A stretch of DNA of 64,000 nucleotides. Source: Eubacteriales bacterium. GTDB taxonomy: Bacteria > Bacillota > Clostridia > Oscillospirales > CAG-382. Shown piece by piece: positions 9,522-17,304 of this stretch. Position 1 is the first letter of the stretch, and every line of letters starts with the position of its first letter. The notes beneath the pieces are model-generated. The model saw only the letters and a program-made list of their open reading frames with translations. It was not told the DNA's origin and did not search any database. The translations under genes and the position numbers were made by a program. The stretch spans positions 35,032 to 99,031 of the forward strand of contig JAZTXJ010000007.1 of the NCBI GenBank assembly GCA_045636285.1, read 5' to 3'.

Positions 9522-9555
9522 CAGTTAACGAATTTAGGAAAGAGGTCTGTTTGCT

Positions 9556-10053
9556 ATGATTAAATCTTATATTGACGGTTTGAAAAAATGGAAGCGCTGG
9601 GACGGCCGCACGAGAAGAAGGGATTATTGGCTGTATACGACTTGCAACGTTCTCGTACTGGCAATCGCGATTCCGCTTTCTTCTCTGTTGAGCACGCTCG
9701 GCTTTACCACGCTTGCAATTCTTTCGTGGGTCGCCACTGTCGGTTATGCGGTGCTTCAATTAATTCCCACGCTGGCAATTACGATAAGAAGACTGCACGA
9801 TACGGGCAGAGGCTTTTTCCACCTGCTTATCCAATACCTCCCCGCCGTTGTTTCGGTTATTCTTTCGGCTATCGGCATAGGCGGTCTTTTTAACTCGATC
9901 ATTTCGAGCGCTTGTGAAATCATATTTTTCGTTTGGATGGTATTGCCCGGCACCGTCGGCAGAAACAAGTTCGGTCCCGACCCGAAGGACACTCAGTTCT
10001 CGCAGGAGGATGCGACCAGCTACGGTGAATACCCCAACTTCAGAGGAGAATAA
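9556..10053 (+). CDS. DUF805-family membrane protein (copy A)
   Basis: GRTRRRDYWLY and IRRLHDTGRG motifs typical of DUF805; consensus promoter upstream. Confidence 0.75.
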   Translation: MIKSYIDGLKKWKRWDGRTRRRDYWLYTTCNVLVLAIAIPLSSLLSTLGFTTLAILSWVATVGYAVLQLIPTLAITIRRLHDTGRGFFHLLIQYLPAVVSVILSAIGIGGLFNSIISSACEIIFFVWMVLPGTVGRNKFGPDPKDTQFSQEDATSYGEYPNFRGE

Positions 10054-10055
10054 CA

Positions 10056-10931
10056 ATGAAGCTTAAACCTTTTTTGGGTTTAGACATTACCCACAACAAG
10101 AAAAACACAAAGTACGACGGCGATATTTTTATTGTCGACAGAGCCACGCTTGCAGAAACCGCCTTATTGGACGAAGCGCTTGAAAACGCAACAGACGTGG
10201 AAAAAAAAGCGCAGTTGCCTTGGGCGCTGACTTTTATTAAGATGATTTGCGAGTTTATGGGCTTGATTTTCGGTTTTGCAGTATTACGCGGATTTATCGA
10301 AAGCGAGCTTACCTTCGCAGAGCGATACAACAATGCGCCTTGGATAGTTTGGTGCGCGGTAATAGGTCTTTTGGGTTGGGTCGTTTTGGGCACGATTTCG
10401 AAGAAAAAGCAAAAAACCGTTTACGAAAGCTCCGAAACCGAAAATGCCCAAACCGCGCTTACCGCCGCCGCAGGCGATATTTACGAAAGATTCAACGTCC
10501 CTGCCGATGCGCCCTACGTGGATATTCTTTCCTTCTGTTACAAAATAAAAGACGGCGAGCCGGTACATAAAGAAAGAGCAACCGATTTAACCTCGCACAT
10601 CAACTATGCTACCCGCGTTTTTATCGAAGGTGAAAACCTTATACTCGCCGACCGTGACAGCAAATTCGCCTTTCCGTTAGACTCGCTTCGCAAAATACAT
10701 ACTGTGAAGAAACGCATTTCTATTCCCGTATGGACAAAAGATACCCCGTGTGACGAAGGCGAATACAAACAATATAAAATGACGGTAAACCAGTTCGGAA
10801 GCATATTTATGAAAACCTATCATATTCTCGAGCTCGACCGCAACGGCGTGGCTTGGGGCATTTACTTCCCCTGCTATGAATTACCCGTAATCGAAAATAT
10901 AACCGGACTTACAGCCGAAGCCGAAGAATAA
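10056..10931 (+). CDS. Hypothetical 2-TM membrane protein
   Basis: 291 aa; two hydrophobic helices (about residues 55-115) then a soluble C-terminal domain; start 2 nt after the DUF805-A stop. Confidence 0.55.
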   Translation: MKLKPFLGLDITHNKKNTKYDGDIFIVDRATLAETALLDEALENATDVEKKAQLPWALTFIKMICEFMGLIFGFAVLRGFIESELTFAERYNNAPWIVWCAVIGLLGWVVLGTISKKKQKTVYESSETENAQTALTAAAGDIYERFNVPADAPYVDILSFCYKIKDGEPVHKERATDLTSHINYATRVFIEGENLILADRDSKFAFPLDSLRKIHTVKKRISIPVWTKDTPCDEGEYKQYKMTVNQFGSIFMKTYHILELDRNGVAWGIYFPCYELPVIENITGLTAEAEE

Positions 10932-10940
10932 ATAAACCTT

Positions 10941-10974
10941 AAAAGCGTATGAAACCGAAATTTCATACGCTTTT
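10941..10974. terminator. Bidirectional terminator after the 291-aa gene
   Basis: AAAA GCGTATGAAA ccgaaa TTTCATACGC TTTT. Confidence 0.8.
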
Positions 10975-11036
10975 CCATTTTTCAATTCTTCGCGGCGAGC
11001 CCTGCTCGTTCGCGTTTCCTTTCGTGTACTATCTTG

Positions 11037-11064
11037 ATAATATTATCATTTTCCACTTTGTCAA
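11037..11064 (-). promoter_or_regulatory. Orphan duplicate of the Gfo/Idh/MocA promoter plus palindrome
   Basis: Minus strand TTGACA (11064-59) -16- TATTAT (11042-37); palindrome TGATAATATTATCA at 11035-11048; points into terminator 10941-10974. Confidence 0.5.
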
Positions 11065-11111
11065 GATATGTCTATAAAAATAAAAATTTTTAACAAAATA
11101 ATGCTTTCCTA

Positions 11112-11140
11112 TTGATAATCACGCGATTGTGTGTTATAAT
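11112..11140 (+). promoter_or_regulatory. Promoter of DUF805-B
   Basis: TTGATA -17- TATAAT; spacer AATCacgcGATT. Confidence 0.6.
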
Positions 11141-11173
11141 CGATCAACAAATCCAAAAAGGAGTTGAATTATA

Positions 11174-11611
11174 GTGTTTAAAGCTTATATTGACGCTGTC
11201 AAAAATTGGCGTAATTGGTACGGCCGCACGAGAAGAAGAGATTATTGGCTGTATCAGCTCTGCAACGTTATCATCTTTATAGGGCTGTATGCGCTCGCAA
11301 CTCTGCTCGCGATGTTGAAGATCAACACGCCCTCGATCCTTTTCTTCGTTGCTGCCTACGCTTACTGCGTTTTACAAATAATCCCCTCGATTGCGATCGA
11401 GATAAGGCGTCTGCACGATACGGGGCGCGGCGGCGGATGGTATTTTATAAGGCTTGTACCCTATGCAGGCAGTATATGGGCGTTCGTGCTCACCCTCTTA
11501 CCCGGCACTAATGGCGGTAACTACTTCGGTCCCGACCCGAGAGACACTTTTATCCCGCAGGACACCAACGCAACCTACAGCGATTACACAGATTTTTCGG
11601 GCAAGGAATAA
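11174..11611 (+). CDS. DUF805-family membrane protein (copy B, GTG start)
   Basis: Paralog of 9556..10053 (same GRTRRRDYWLY / IRRLHDTGRG motifs); AAGGAG RBS; duplicated promoter upstream. Confidence 0.7.
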   Translation: MFKAYIDAVKNWRNWYGRTRRRDYWLYQLCNVIIFIGLYALATLLAMLKINTPSILFFVAAYAYCVLQIIPSIAIEIRRLHDTGRGGGWYFIRLVPYAGSIWAFVLTLLPGTNGGNYFGPDPRDTFIPQDTNATYSDYTDFSGKE

Positions 11612-11619
11612 CAAATCGA

Positions 11620-11657
11620 GGCTTTTTGCGGGCTTTCCCCCGCGGGAAGCCTTTTTT
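11620..11657 (+). terminator. Terminator after DUF805-B
   Basis: GGCTT..GCGGG ctttc CCCGC..AAGCC then TTTTTT. Confidence 0.7.
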
Positions 11658-11658
11658 C

Positions 11659-11687
11659 TTGACAATTTTTGCACGAGGCGGTATAAT
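11659..11687 (+). promoter_or_regulatory. Consensus promoter of the ABC exporter
   Basis: TTGACA (11659-64) -17- TATAAT (11682-87). Confidence 0.65.
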
Positions 11688-11721
11688 AGGATTTAATTCC
11701 ACAATAAAACGTGAGGGAACA

Positions 11722-13464
11722 ATGATACGCGAATTTATAAAGTATTACAAGCCGCACAAAAAGCTGTTTATGTTCGATATGTTCTGTTCGTTCCTTATCG
11801 CATTAACAGATCTTTTTTATCCGATCATCACCAAAAACATAATCAACGATTACGTACCCAACCGAAATTTGCGCCTTGTGCTCACCTGGGCGGGAATAAT
11901 TCTCGTTCTGTACCTTGCGAAAATGGGGCTTAACTACTTCGTTTCCTATTGGGGACACGTTGTCGGCGTGCGTATGCAGGGCGATATGCGAAAGGATATG
12001 TTCGCACACCTGCAAAAGCTTCCCTTTTCGTTCTTCGACGAAAACAAAACCGGCACGGTAATGTCGCGCCTTATCAACGACCTTATGGACGTTTCGGAGC
12101 TTGCACACCACGGACCCGAGGATTTGTTCCTTTCGATAATAATGTTTATCGGCTCGTTTATCGCGCTTTCGACAATAAATATCTGGCTCACGCTTATTAT
12201 TTACGCGCTTATTCCCTTCGTTGTGTTTTTCTCGGTAAAAATGCGTAAGAGAATGAAGGACGCCTTCACCCGCACGCGCGAAGAGGTTGCGGAAGTCAAT
12301 TCGAACGTCGAAACCTCTATTTCGGGCATACGCGTTTCGCGCGCTTATACGAGCGAAGGTCACGAAATAAACAAGTTCGATAAAGCGAACGAGCGATTCA
12401 AAACCGCACGCGGCTTTGCCTATAAGGCAATGGGGCAGTTCCACTCCGCGATGACCTTCTTTACCGATTTTCTTTACCTCGCGGCGCTTGTTGCGGGCGG
12501 TATATTCTTCTATAACGGTTATGCCGATCCGAACGGTGCTTTCTCGATCGACAGCGGTGAATTCGCGGCGTTTATACTTTATATGGCTATGCTTTTGAAG
12601 CCGATAAACCGCTTTATTTCGCTTTTCGAGCAGCTACAAAACGGTATGACGGGCTTTTCGCGCTTCCGCGAAATCATGGAACAGCCGACAGAAGCGGAAA
12701 GCGAAAACGCAATCGAGCTCACAAATGCACGCGGCGATATCGAATTCCAAAACGTTTCCTTCTCCTACCCCACGGGCGATACAGGCAAGGGCGTTCTCAC
12801 AAACCTTTCTCTAAAAATCGAGTCGGGCAAAACCATTGCCTTGGTCGGTCCCTCGGGCGGCGGCAAAACCACGCTCTGCAACCTTATCCCCCGCTTTTAC
12901 GAGCTTGACGGCGGCAGAATTGCGATTGACGGAAACGATATTACCGAGCTCACGCGCTATTCGCTCCGCCGTAATATCGGCATAGTCGCGCAGGACGTTT
13001 TCCTTTTCTCCGGCACGGTGCGCGAAAATATCGCATACGGCAATCTCGATGCGAGCGAGGAAGAAATTATCGAAGCGGCAAAGCGTGCAAATATCCACGA
13101 TTACATAATGACGCTCGAAAAGGGATACGATACCAAGGTCGGCGAGCGCGGAATTAATCTTTCGGGCGGTCAGAAGCAAAGAATATCGATTGCTCGCGTA
13201 TTCCTGAAAAATCCCCCGATTCTTATTCTCGACGAAGCGACAAGCGCGCTCGACAACGTTACCGAAATGCAGATTCAGGCATCATTGGAGGAGCTTGCAA
13301 GGGGCAGAACGGTTATCGTCGTGGCGCACCGCTTGTCTACCATTCAAAGCGCCGATGAAATACTCGTTATCAATCAGGACGGTATCGCCGAACGCGGCAC
13401 GCACGAACAGCTCTTGCAGGCAAACGGCATTTACGCAGGACTTTATAACAGAAGAAATATGTAA
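11722..13464 (+). CDS. ABC exporter, fused permease/ATPase (MsbA/multidrug type)
   Basis: 6-TM N-terminal half; Walker A GPSGGGKTT, signature LSGGQKQR, Walker B ILILDEATSALD; start moved to ATG 11722 downstream of a consensus promoter. Confidence 0.9.
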   Translation: MIREFIKYYKPHKKLFMFDMFCSFLIALTDLFYPIITKNIINDYVPNRNLRLVLTWAGIILVLYLAKMGLNYFVSYWGHVVGVRMQGDMRKDMFAHLQKLPFSFFDENKTGTVMSRLINDLMDVSELAHHGPEDLFLSIIMFIGSFIALSTINIWLTLIIYALIPFVVFFSVKMRKRMKDAFTRTREEVAEVNSNVETSISGIRVSRAYTSEGHEINKFDKANERFKTARGFAYKAMGQFHSAMTFFTDFLYLAALVAGGIFFYNGYADPNGAFSIDSGEFAAFILYMAMLLKPINRFISLFEQLQNGMTGFSRFREIMEQPTEAESENAIELTNARGDIEFQNVSFSYPTGDTGKGVLTNLSLKIESGKTIALVGPSGGGKTTLCNLIPRFYELDGGRIAIDGNDITELTRYSLRRNIGIVAQDVFLFSGTVRENIAYGNLDASEEEIIEAAKRANIHDYIMTLEKGYDTKVGERGINLSGGQKQRISIARVFLKNPPILILDEATSALDNVTEMQIQASLEELARGRTVIVVAHRLSTIQSADEILVINQDGIAERGTHEQLLQANGIYAGLYNRRNM

Positions 13465-13468
13465 GCAA

Positions 13469-13500
13469 AAAAGGACTTCGCTCGGAAGTCCTTTCTTTTT
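13469..13500. terminator. Bidirectional terminator (ABC exporter / MT-fold gene)
   Basis: AAGGACTTC gctcg GAAGTCCTT then tcttttt. Confidence 0.75.
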
Positions 13501-14374
13501 ACATATAAAGCTTTAAGGTCTTTTCTATCCAATAATCGAACTCGGTGTTCGGGCAAAGGTGCTCGAGCGATTTGAAGCGCTTATACGCCTCGACACCGTC
13601 GGACGGGTCGTGCCAGATGTCCGCAAAAACGTAATCGAAGTTACGTTGCTTTGCTTCGTTTTCGGCAAATTCAAAGGCATCGGCGCAGACGATTTCGATT
13701 TTTTCTTTGTTTTCGAAGCAAGGAAGAAGCATTTCCTTAAAGAGCGAAATTACGCTTTCGTCGCGCTCGACGATTGTGACGCTTTCGACCTCGCTCTTTC
13801 TTGCACACATAAAGGCAAAATACCCCAAGCCGAGCCCATAGGTGCAAACCCTGCCGCGAGCTCTTTTTATCGGGAAGCGCTGGGTAACAAGCTCGTTCGG
13901 CATCATCGTCATCCATTCCCTGCCGTTTTGAAGCACCGAAAGAAAGCTGAATTCGCAATCGAAATAGCCGATTTGCGGAATTATTCTGCCGTCGGGCAAG
14001 GTCAGCGGGTCGTCGCAAACGAACGCGGTATAAGGCGCAAGCTTATCGGTGCGGAGCTCCCATTCGTTAAGGATTTTTTTGCCGTTCGGCTTTACCGCCT
14101 TGCAGTAGGGGTCCTCGGTGAAAAGCTTTTCATCTAAATGATGAAGCATAAAGGGGGCGTATGCTTCCCAAATTTCGCGGTCGTATTCAAGCTCGGTATC
14201 GAATCCGAGCGCGGCGCAGAAAAGAAGCGAAAAGGCATCTTCTTCCGAAAGAGAGAAGCTTTCTGTCAGCTCCTTTACCATTTCTTGAGTCACGAAATCG
14301 GGTCGGTTGTTCAAAAGTATCGCCAAGCGTTCGAAAACAAGACCGTTTGCGCGCTTTATTTCATCGTAGGTCAT
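13499..14374 (-). CDS. Hypothetical protein with class I methyltransferase / spermidine-synthase-like fold
   Basis: VCTYGLGLGYF..VERDESV..CADAFEF pattern resembles SAM-binding motifs I-III; ATGA overlap with the upstream MATE gene stop (14371-14374). Confidence 0.45.
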   Translation of the reverse strand: MTYDEIKRANGLVFERLAILLNNRPDFVTQEMVKELTESFSLSEEDAFSLLFCAALGFDTELEYDREIWEAYAPFMLHHLDEKLFTEDPYCKAVKPNGKKILNEWELRTDKLAPYTAFVCDDPLTLPDGRIIPQIGYFDCEFSFLSVLQNGREWMTMMPNELVTQRFPIKRARGRVCTYGLGLGYFAFMCARKSEVESVTIVERDESVISLFKEMLLPCFENKEKIEIVCADAFEFAENEAKQRNFDYVFADIWHDPSDGVEAYKRFKSLEHLCPNTEFDYWIEKTLKLYM

Positions 14375-15759
14375 ACATATACCTCGGCTTTTTTAGTGGC
14401 TTTTATTCGCTTCCTTAATATTATCACAAAGCAGGTGAAATGTGCAAGCGCGGTTATTACCCAAGTGGCAGGATAGGAAATATAGAGTATTTCTATTTCG
14501 CTGTATTGCTGGAAAACGGTGTATATCCATATAACGCGAAGCACGCACGAGCCGAGCAGAGAAACGGTCGCCGAAACGAGCGAAGCGCCCAAGCCGCGAA
14601 GCATACCCGACATTACCTCCATTATGCCGCACAGAAAATAAGGCAAGCCGACAATCAAAAGCCTTTGCATACCGACGCGCATCGAATCGCTGGTTTCGAC
14701 GCTTCCTTCGATACCGAACAGCGACAAAAGGTTCGGGCCGAGCAGGTAACAGATGCTTCCCATCGCCAAGCCGAACACCACTACCATTGCGGTACACATA
14801 CCGCAGACCTTTTTAATACGGTCGTATTTGAGCGCGCCCGAGTTCTGTCCCGTAAAGGCAAGCGCGGCGTGGTAAAATGAATTCATTGCGATATAAATAA
14901 TTCCGTCGATATTCGCGCCCGCGGTATTGCCCGCCATTGTCGCAGGGCCGAAGCCGTTGATCGACGACTGTATGAGCACGTTGGAAATCGAAAACAAACA
15001 GCCCTGCAAGCCTGCGGGAAGTCCGATTTTGATTATCTTCAAAAGCTTATCCTTGCGGACGTACAAATGCTTTATATCGAGCTTACAGCAATCATCGAAT
15101 TTGGTAAGCAGGCGCAACACAAGAAACGCCGAAAGATATTGCGAAATTATCGTCGCAAGTGCAACACCCGCAACGTCAAGACGGCAAACAACGACGAAAA
15201 ACAGATTAAGACAAACGTTCAGAGCGCCCGAAAACAGCAGGAAATAAAACGGGTGCTTCGTATCGCCGCGCGCGTTCAGCACCGCCGCGCCGTAGTTATA
15301 AGCCATTTGCGCGGGCATTCCCAAAAATATAGTACGCATATATAAGGTCGATTTCGCTATAACCGTGTTCGGCACGCCCATAAGTCCGAGCAGGGGCTCT
15401 GCCGCAAAAACACCGAATACGGCGATCAACAAGCCGAGCACGAACGAAATCGTTACCGAGGTGTGCACTATGTCCTTAACGCTGTCGTCACGCCCCGAGC
15501 CGAATGCGTGCGATATAGAAACGTTCGCACCGACCGCAAGACCGATAAACAACCCCGTTATAAGCGCGGTGAGAGAGCCTGTCGAGCCGACCGCCGCCAG
15601 CGCGGTTTCGCCGTCTTCGGCAAAGCGGCCGACGATAACGGTATCGGCAGAGTTATATAAAAACTGCAAAACCCCCGTTGCAAGCACGGGAAGTGCATAA
15701 ACGAGCAGCTTTTTAAAAAGCGGACCTTCGGTCATATTCATTCTCGCGCTTACTGCCAT
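14371..15759 (-). CDS. MATE-family efflux transporter
   Basis: 462 aa, 12 predicted TM helices, N-terminus GPLFKKLLVYALPVLATGVLQFLYNSADTVIVGRF typical of MATE; GGAGG RBS. Confidence 0.85.
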   Translation of the reverse strand: MAVSARMNMTEGPLFKKLLVYALPVLATGVLQFLYNSADTVIVGRFAEDGETALAAVGSTGSLTALITGLFIGLAVGANVSISHAFGSGRDDSVKDIVHTSVTISFVLGLLIAVFGVFAAEPLLGLMGVPNTVIAKSTLYMRTIFLGMPAQMAYNYGAAVLNARGDTKHPFYFLLFSGALNVCLNLFFVVVCRLDVAGVALATIISQYLSAFLVLRLLTKFDDCCKLDIKHLYVRKDKLLKIIKIGLPAGLQGCLFSISNVLIQSSINGFGPATMAGNTAGANIDGIIYIAMNSFYHAALAFTGQNSGALKYDRIKKVCGMCTAMVVVFGLAMGSICYLLGPNLLSLFGIEGSVETSDSMRVGMQRLLIVGLPYFLCGIMEVMSGMLRGLGASLVSATVSLLGSCVLRVIWIYTVFQQYSEIEILYISYPATWVITALAHFTCFVIILRKRIKATKKAEVYV

Positions 15760-15959
15760 AATCAGCCTCCAACGTGAAAAATCAACTAAATTATAAACCT
15801 TTTAATTATAAAGTCAAGCAAATTCGAAAGATAAATATTTTTCTGCGAAAATGTCAAATTTTTTTAATTTGTCTGTCCGAAAATAAGCATTTTGCGTTAC
15901 TTATTATATGAAACCAACGACGTCAACGGTTAATCGATTAAAAAAGGAGATATTAATCT

Positions 15960-16700
15960 ATGAAACTCAAAGCACTTATCGCTTTTGTCTGTGTTGTTGC
16001 GACGGTGTTCGCCTGCTCGGCGTTTGCGCTTGCAGAGGAAAGCGGTATCGAAAACGCTATTCCCGCCGCGGCTGAAAGCATAGCAGAGGACGCGCCCATT
16101 GTTGAGGATGCACCCGCAGTTGAAGAAGTTCCCGCAGTTGAGGAAGCGCCCGCAGTTGAGGATGCTCCCGCAGTTGAGGAAGCTCCCGCAGTTGAGGATG
16201 AAGCGGAAGAAGCCGTTATCGAGCGTTCCGAAAAGTGTACCGCAGACTTTAACGTTCATATACTCGACTACATAAACGATTCGAGCTGCTACTACCGTTC
16301 GGTAAAGGATGTTGTTGCAGACTACGGCGAAGACCTTTACTACCCCGCTTACGAGGGTTATGAAAACGCATGCCAAGCGTACATAATCTATGCGGAAAGA
16401 GGCTATGCCGACGGAAGAATCGGCCCTAAGGTTCTCCAGATCGAATATGCATGTGAGTATCTCGAAATCTGCTGGATCAAGATCGGCGCAACTGTTGCAA
16501 ACGAGGGTATGAATCCCGTTGCGGAAATATACGAAAGCCACGGAGCAGAATTTTATATCAGCGAATACTTCGAGGAAGGCCCCAACAACTACGGCGGTCA
16601 TATCGTCGAAGGCGTTATTGAAGGAAACTGCTACCAATTTTTCGTTAAAACCGTTGAAGAAGGCAAGCTTATTGTTGACAGCTTAACAAAAGCGGAATAA
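15960..16700 (+). CDS. Secreted protein: signal peptide, APAVEE/D tandem repeats, C-terminal domain paralogous to the adjacent putative anti-sigma ectodomain
   Basis: Signal peptide MKLKALIAFVCVVATVFACSAFA; six 18-bp repeats; residues about 95-246 align at roughly 75-80% identity (by eye) to residues about 103-248 of ORF 17305..18051. Confidence 0.65.
   Translation: MKLKALIAFVCVVATVFACSAFALAEESGIENAIPAAAESIAEDAPIVEDAPAVEEVPAVEEAPAVEDAPAVEEAPAVEDEAEEAVIERSEKCTADFNVHILDYINDSSCYYRSVKDVVADYGEDLYYPAYEGYENACQAYIIYAERGYADGRIGPKVLQIEYACEYLEICWIKIGATVANEGMNPVAEIYESHGAEFYISEYFEEGPNNYGGHIVEGVIEGNCYQFFVKTVEEGKLIVDSLTKAE
16091..16198 (+). repeat. Six tandem 18-bp in-frame repeats encoding (A/V)P(A/I)VE(E/D)
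   Basis: Units gcNcccgcagttgagga(a/t) read directly at 16091, 16109, 16127, 16145, 16163 and 16181. Confidence 0.9.
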
Positions 16701-16713
16701 TATTTTTATGTAT

Positions 16714-16741
16714 CCGCCCCGAATATCTATTTTCGGGGCGG
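16714..16741 (+). other. GC-rich hairpin without U-tract between the secreted paralog gene and the sigma gene
   Basis: CCGCCCCGAA tatctat TTCGGGGCGG followed by acgcctc (no T-run); only 34 nt before the sigma start, with no promoter seen in between. Confidence 0.6.
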
Positions 16742-16775
16742 ACGCCTCAAAACAAATTTTCGACAGAGGGTTAGA

Positions 16776-17300
16776 ATGTTTGAAAACGCATTTTTGAACA
16801 CGGTATGCGATAACGCCTTGCGTTCGATAGCATCGGGCGATAAAAGCGCGCTTGCCGTTATATACGACAAAATGCACAGGCAGATATATTCGGCGGCGTG
16901 GGCTATACTGAACAATCATCAGGATGCCGAGGACGCATTGCAGAATACCCTTTGCGAAATACTTTATTGTGCAGACAGCTACAAAGGGCCGAACGCAAAG
17001 GCTTTTATAATATCGGTCGCGCGGAACCAAGCGCGAAACATTTTGAGAAAACGCAAAAACGAAACCGTTTTACCGCCGGACGAAACACACGCATCCGACT
17101 TTAACGCAGAATCGGAATTTATTTATCTCGATGCGCTCTCGACGCTTAGCGAAAGAGAACGCGAAGCGGTGATACTTAAAATATACTGCAAAATGAAGCA
17201 CAAAGAAATCGCCGGACTTTTGGGCATAACCGCTTCGGCGGCAGAGAAGCTTTACCAAAGAGGAATAAGCAAGCTTCGCAAATACTATAAAGGAGGGTAG
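16776..17300 (+). CDS. ECF-type RNA polymerase sigma-70 family factor
   Basis: 174 aa; region 2-like (DAEDALQNT) and region 4 HTH (KHKEIAGLLGITASAAEKLYQRGISKLR). Confidence 0.8.
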   Translation: MFENAFLNTVCDNALRSIASGDKSALAVIYDKMHRQIYSAAWAILNNHQDAEDALQNTLCEILYCADSYKGPNAKAFIISVARNQARNILRKRKNETVLPPDETHASDFNAESEFIYLDALSTLSEREREAVILKIYCKMKHKEIAGLLGITASAAEKLYQRGISKLRKYYKGG

Positions 17301-17304
17301 CTCC

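Larger units (their letters stand above)
9349..9522. repeat. Copy A of a duplicated non-coding block (bidirectional promoter region between the Gfo/Idh/MocA and DUF805-A genes)
   Basis: By hand alignment, 8 differences (incl. 1 indel) in about 174 nt versus 10969-11141; the first 86 nt are identical. Confidence 0.9.
10969..11141. repeat. Copy B of the duplicated non-coding block (upstream of DUF805-B)
   Basis: Includes a copy of the Gfo/Idh/MocA promoter, 5' UTR and ATG plus 7 nt (aaATGGAAAAGC) with no gene attached. Confidence 0.9.

Noticed and set aside
15910-15937. ECF-type promoter (TGAAAC ... CGTC/TCGA) upstream of the secreted paralog gene.
   Set aside because: The distance from AAC to the nearest CGT/TCGA is either about 6 nt or about 20 nt, not the 16-17 nt expected. 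The resulting start site would also collide with the RBS.
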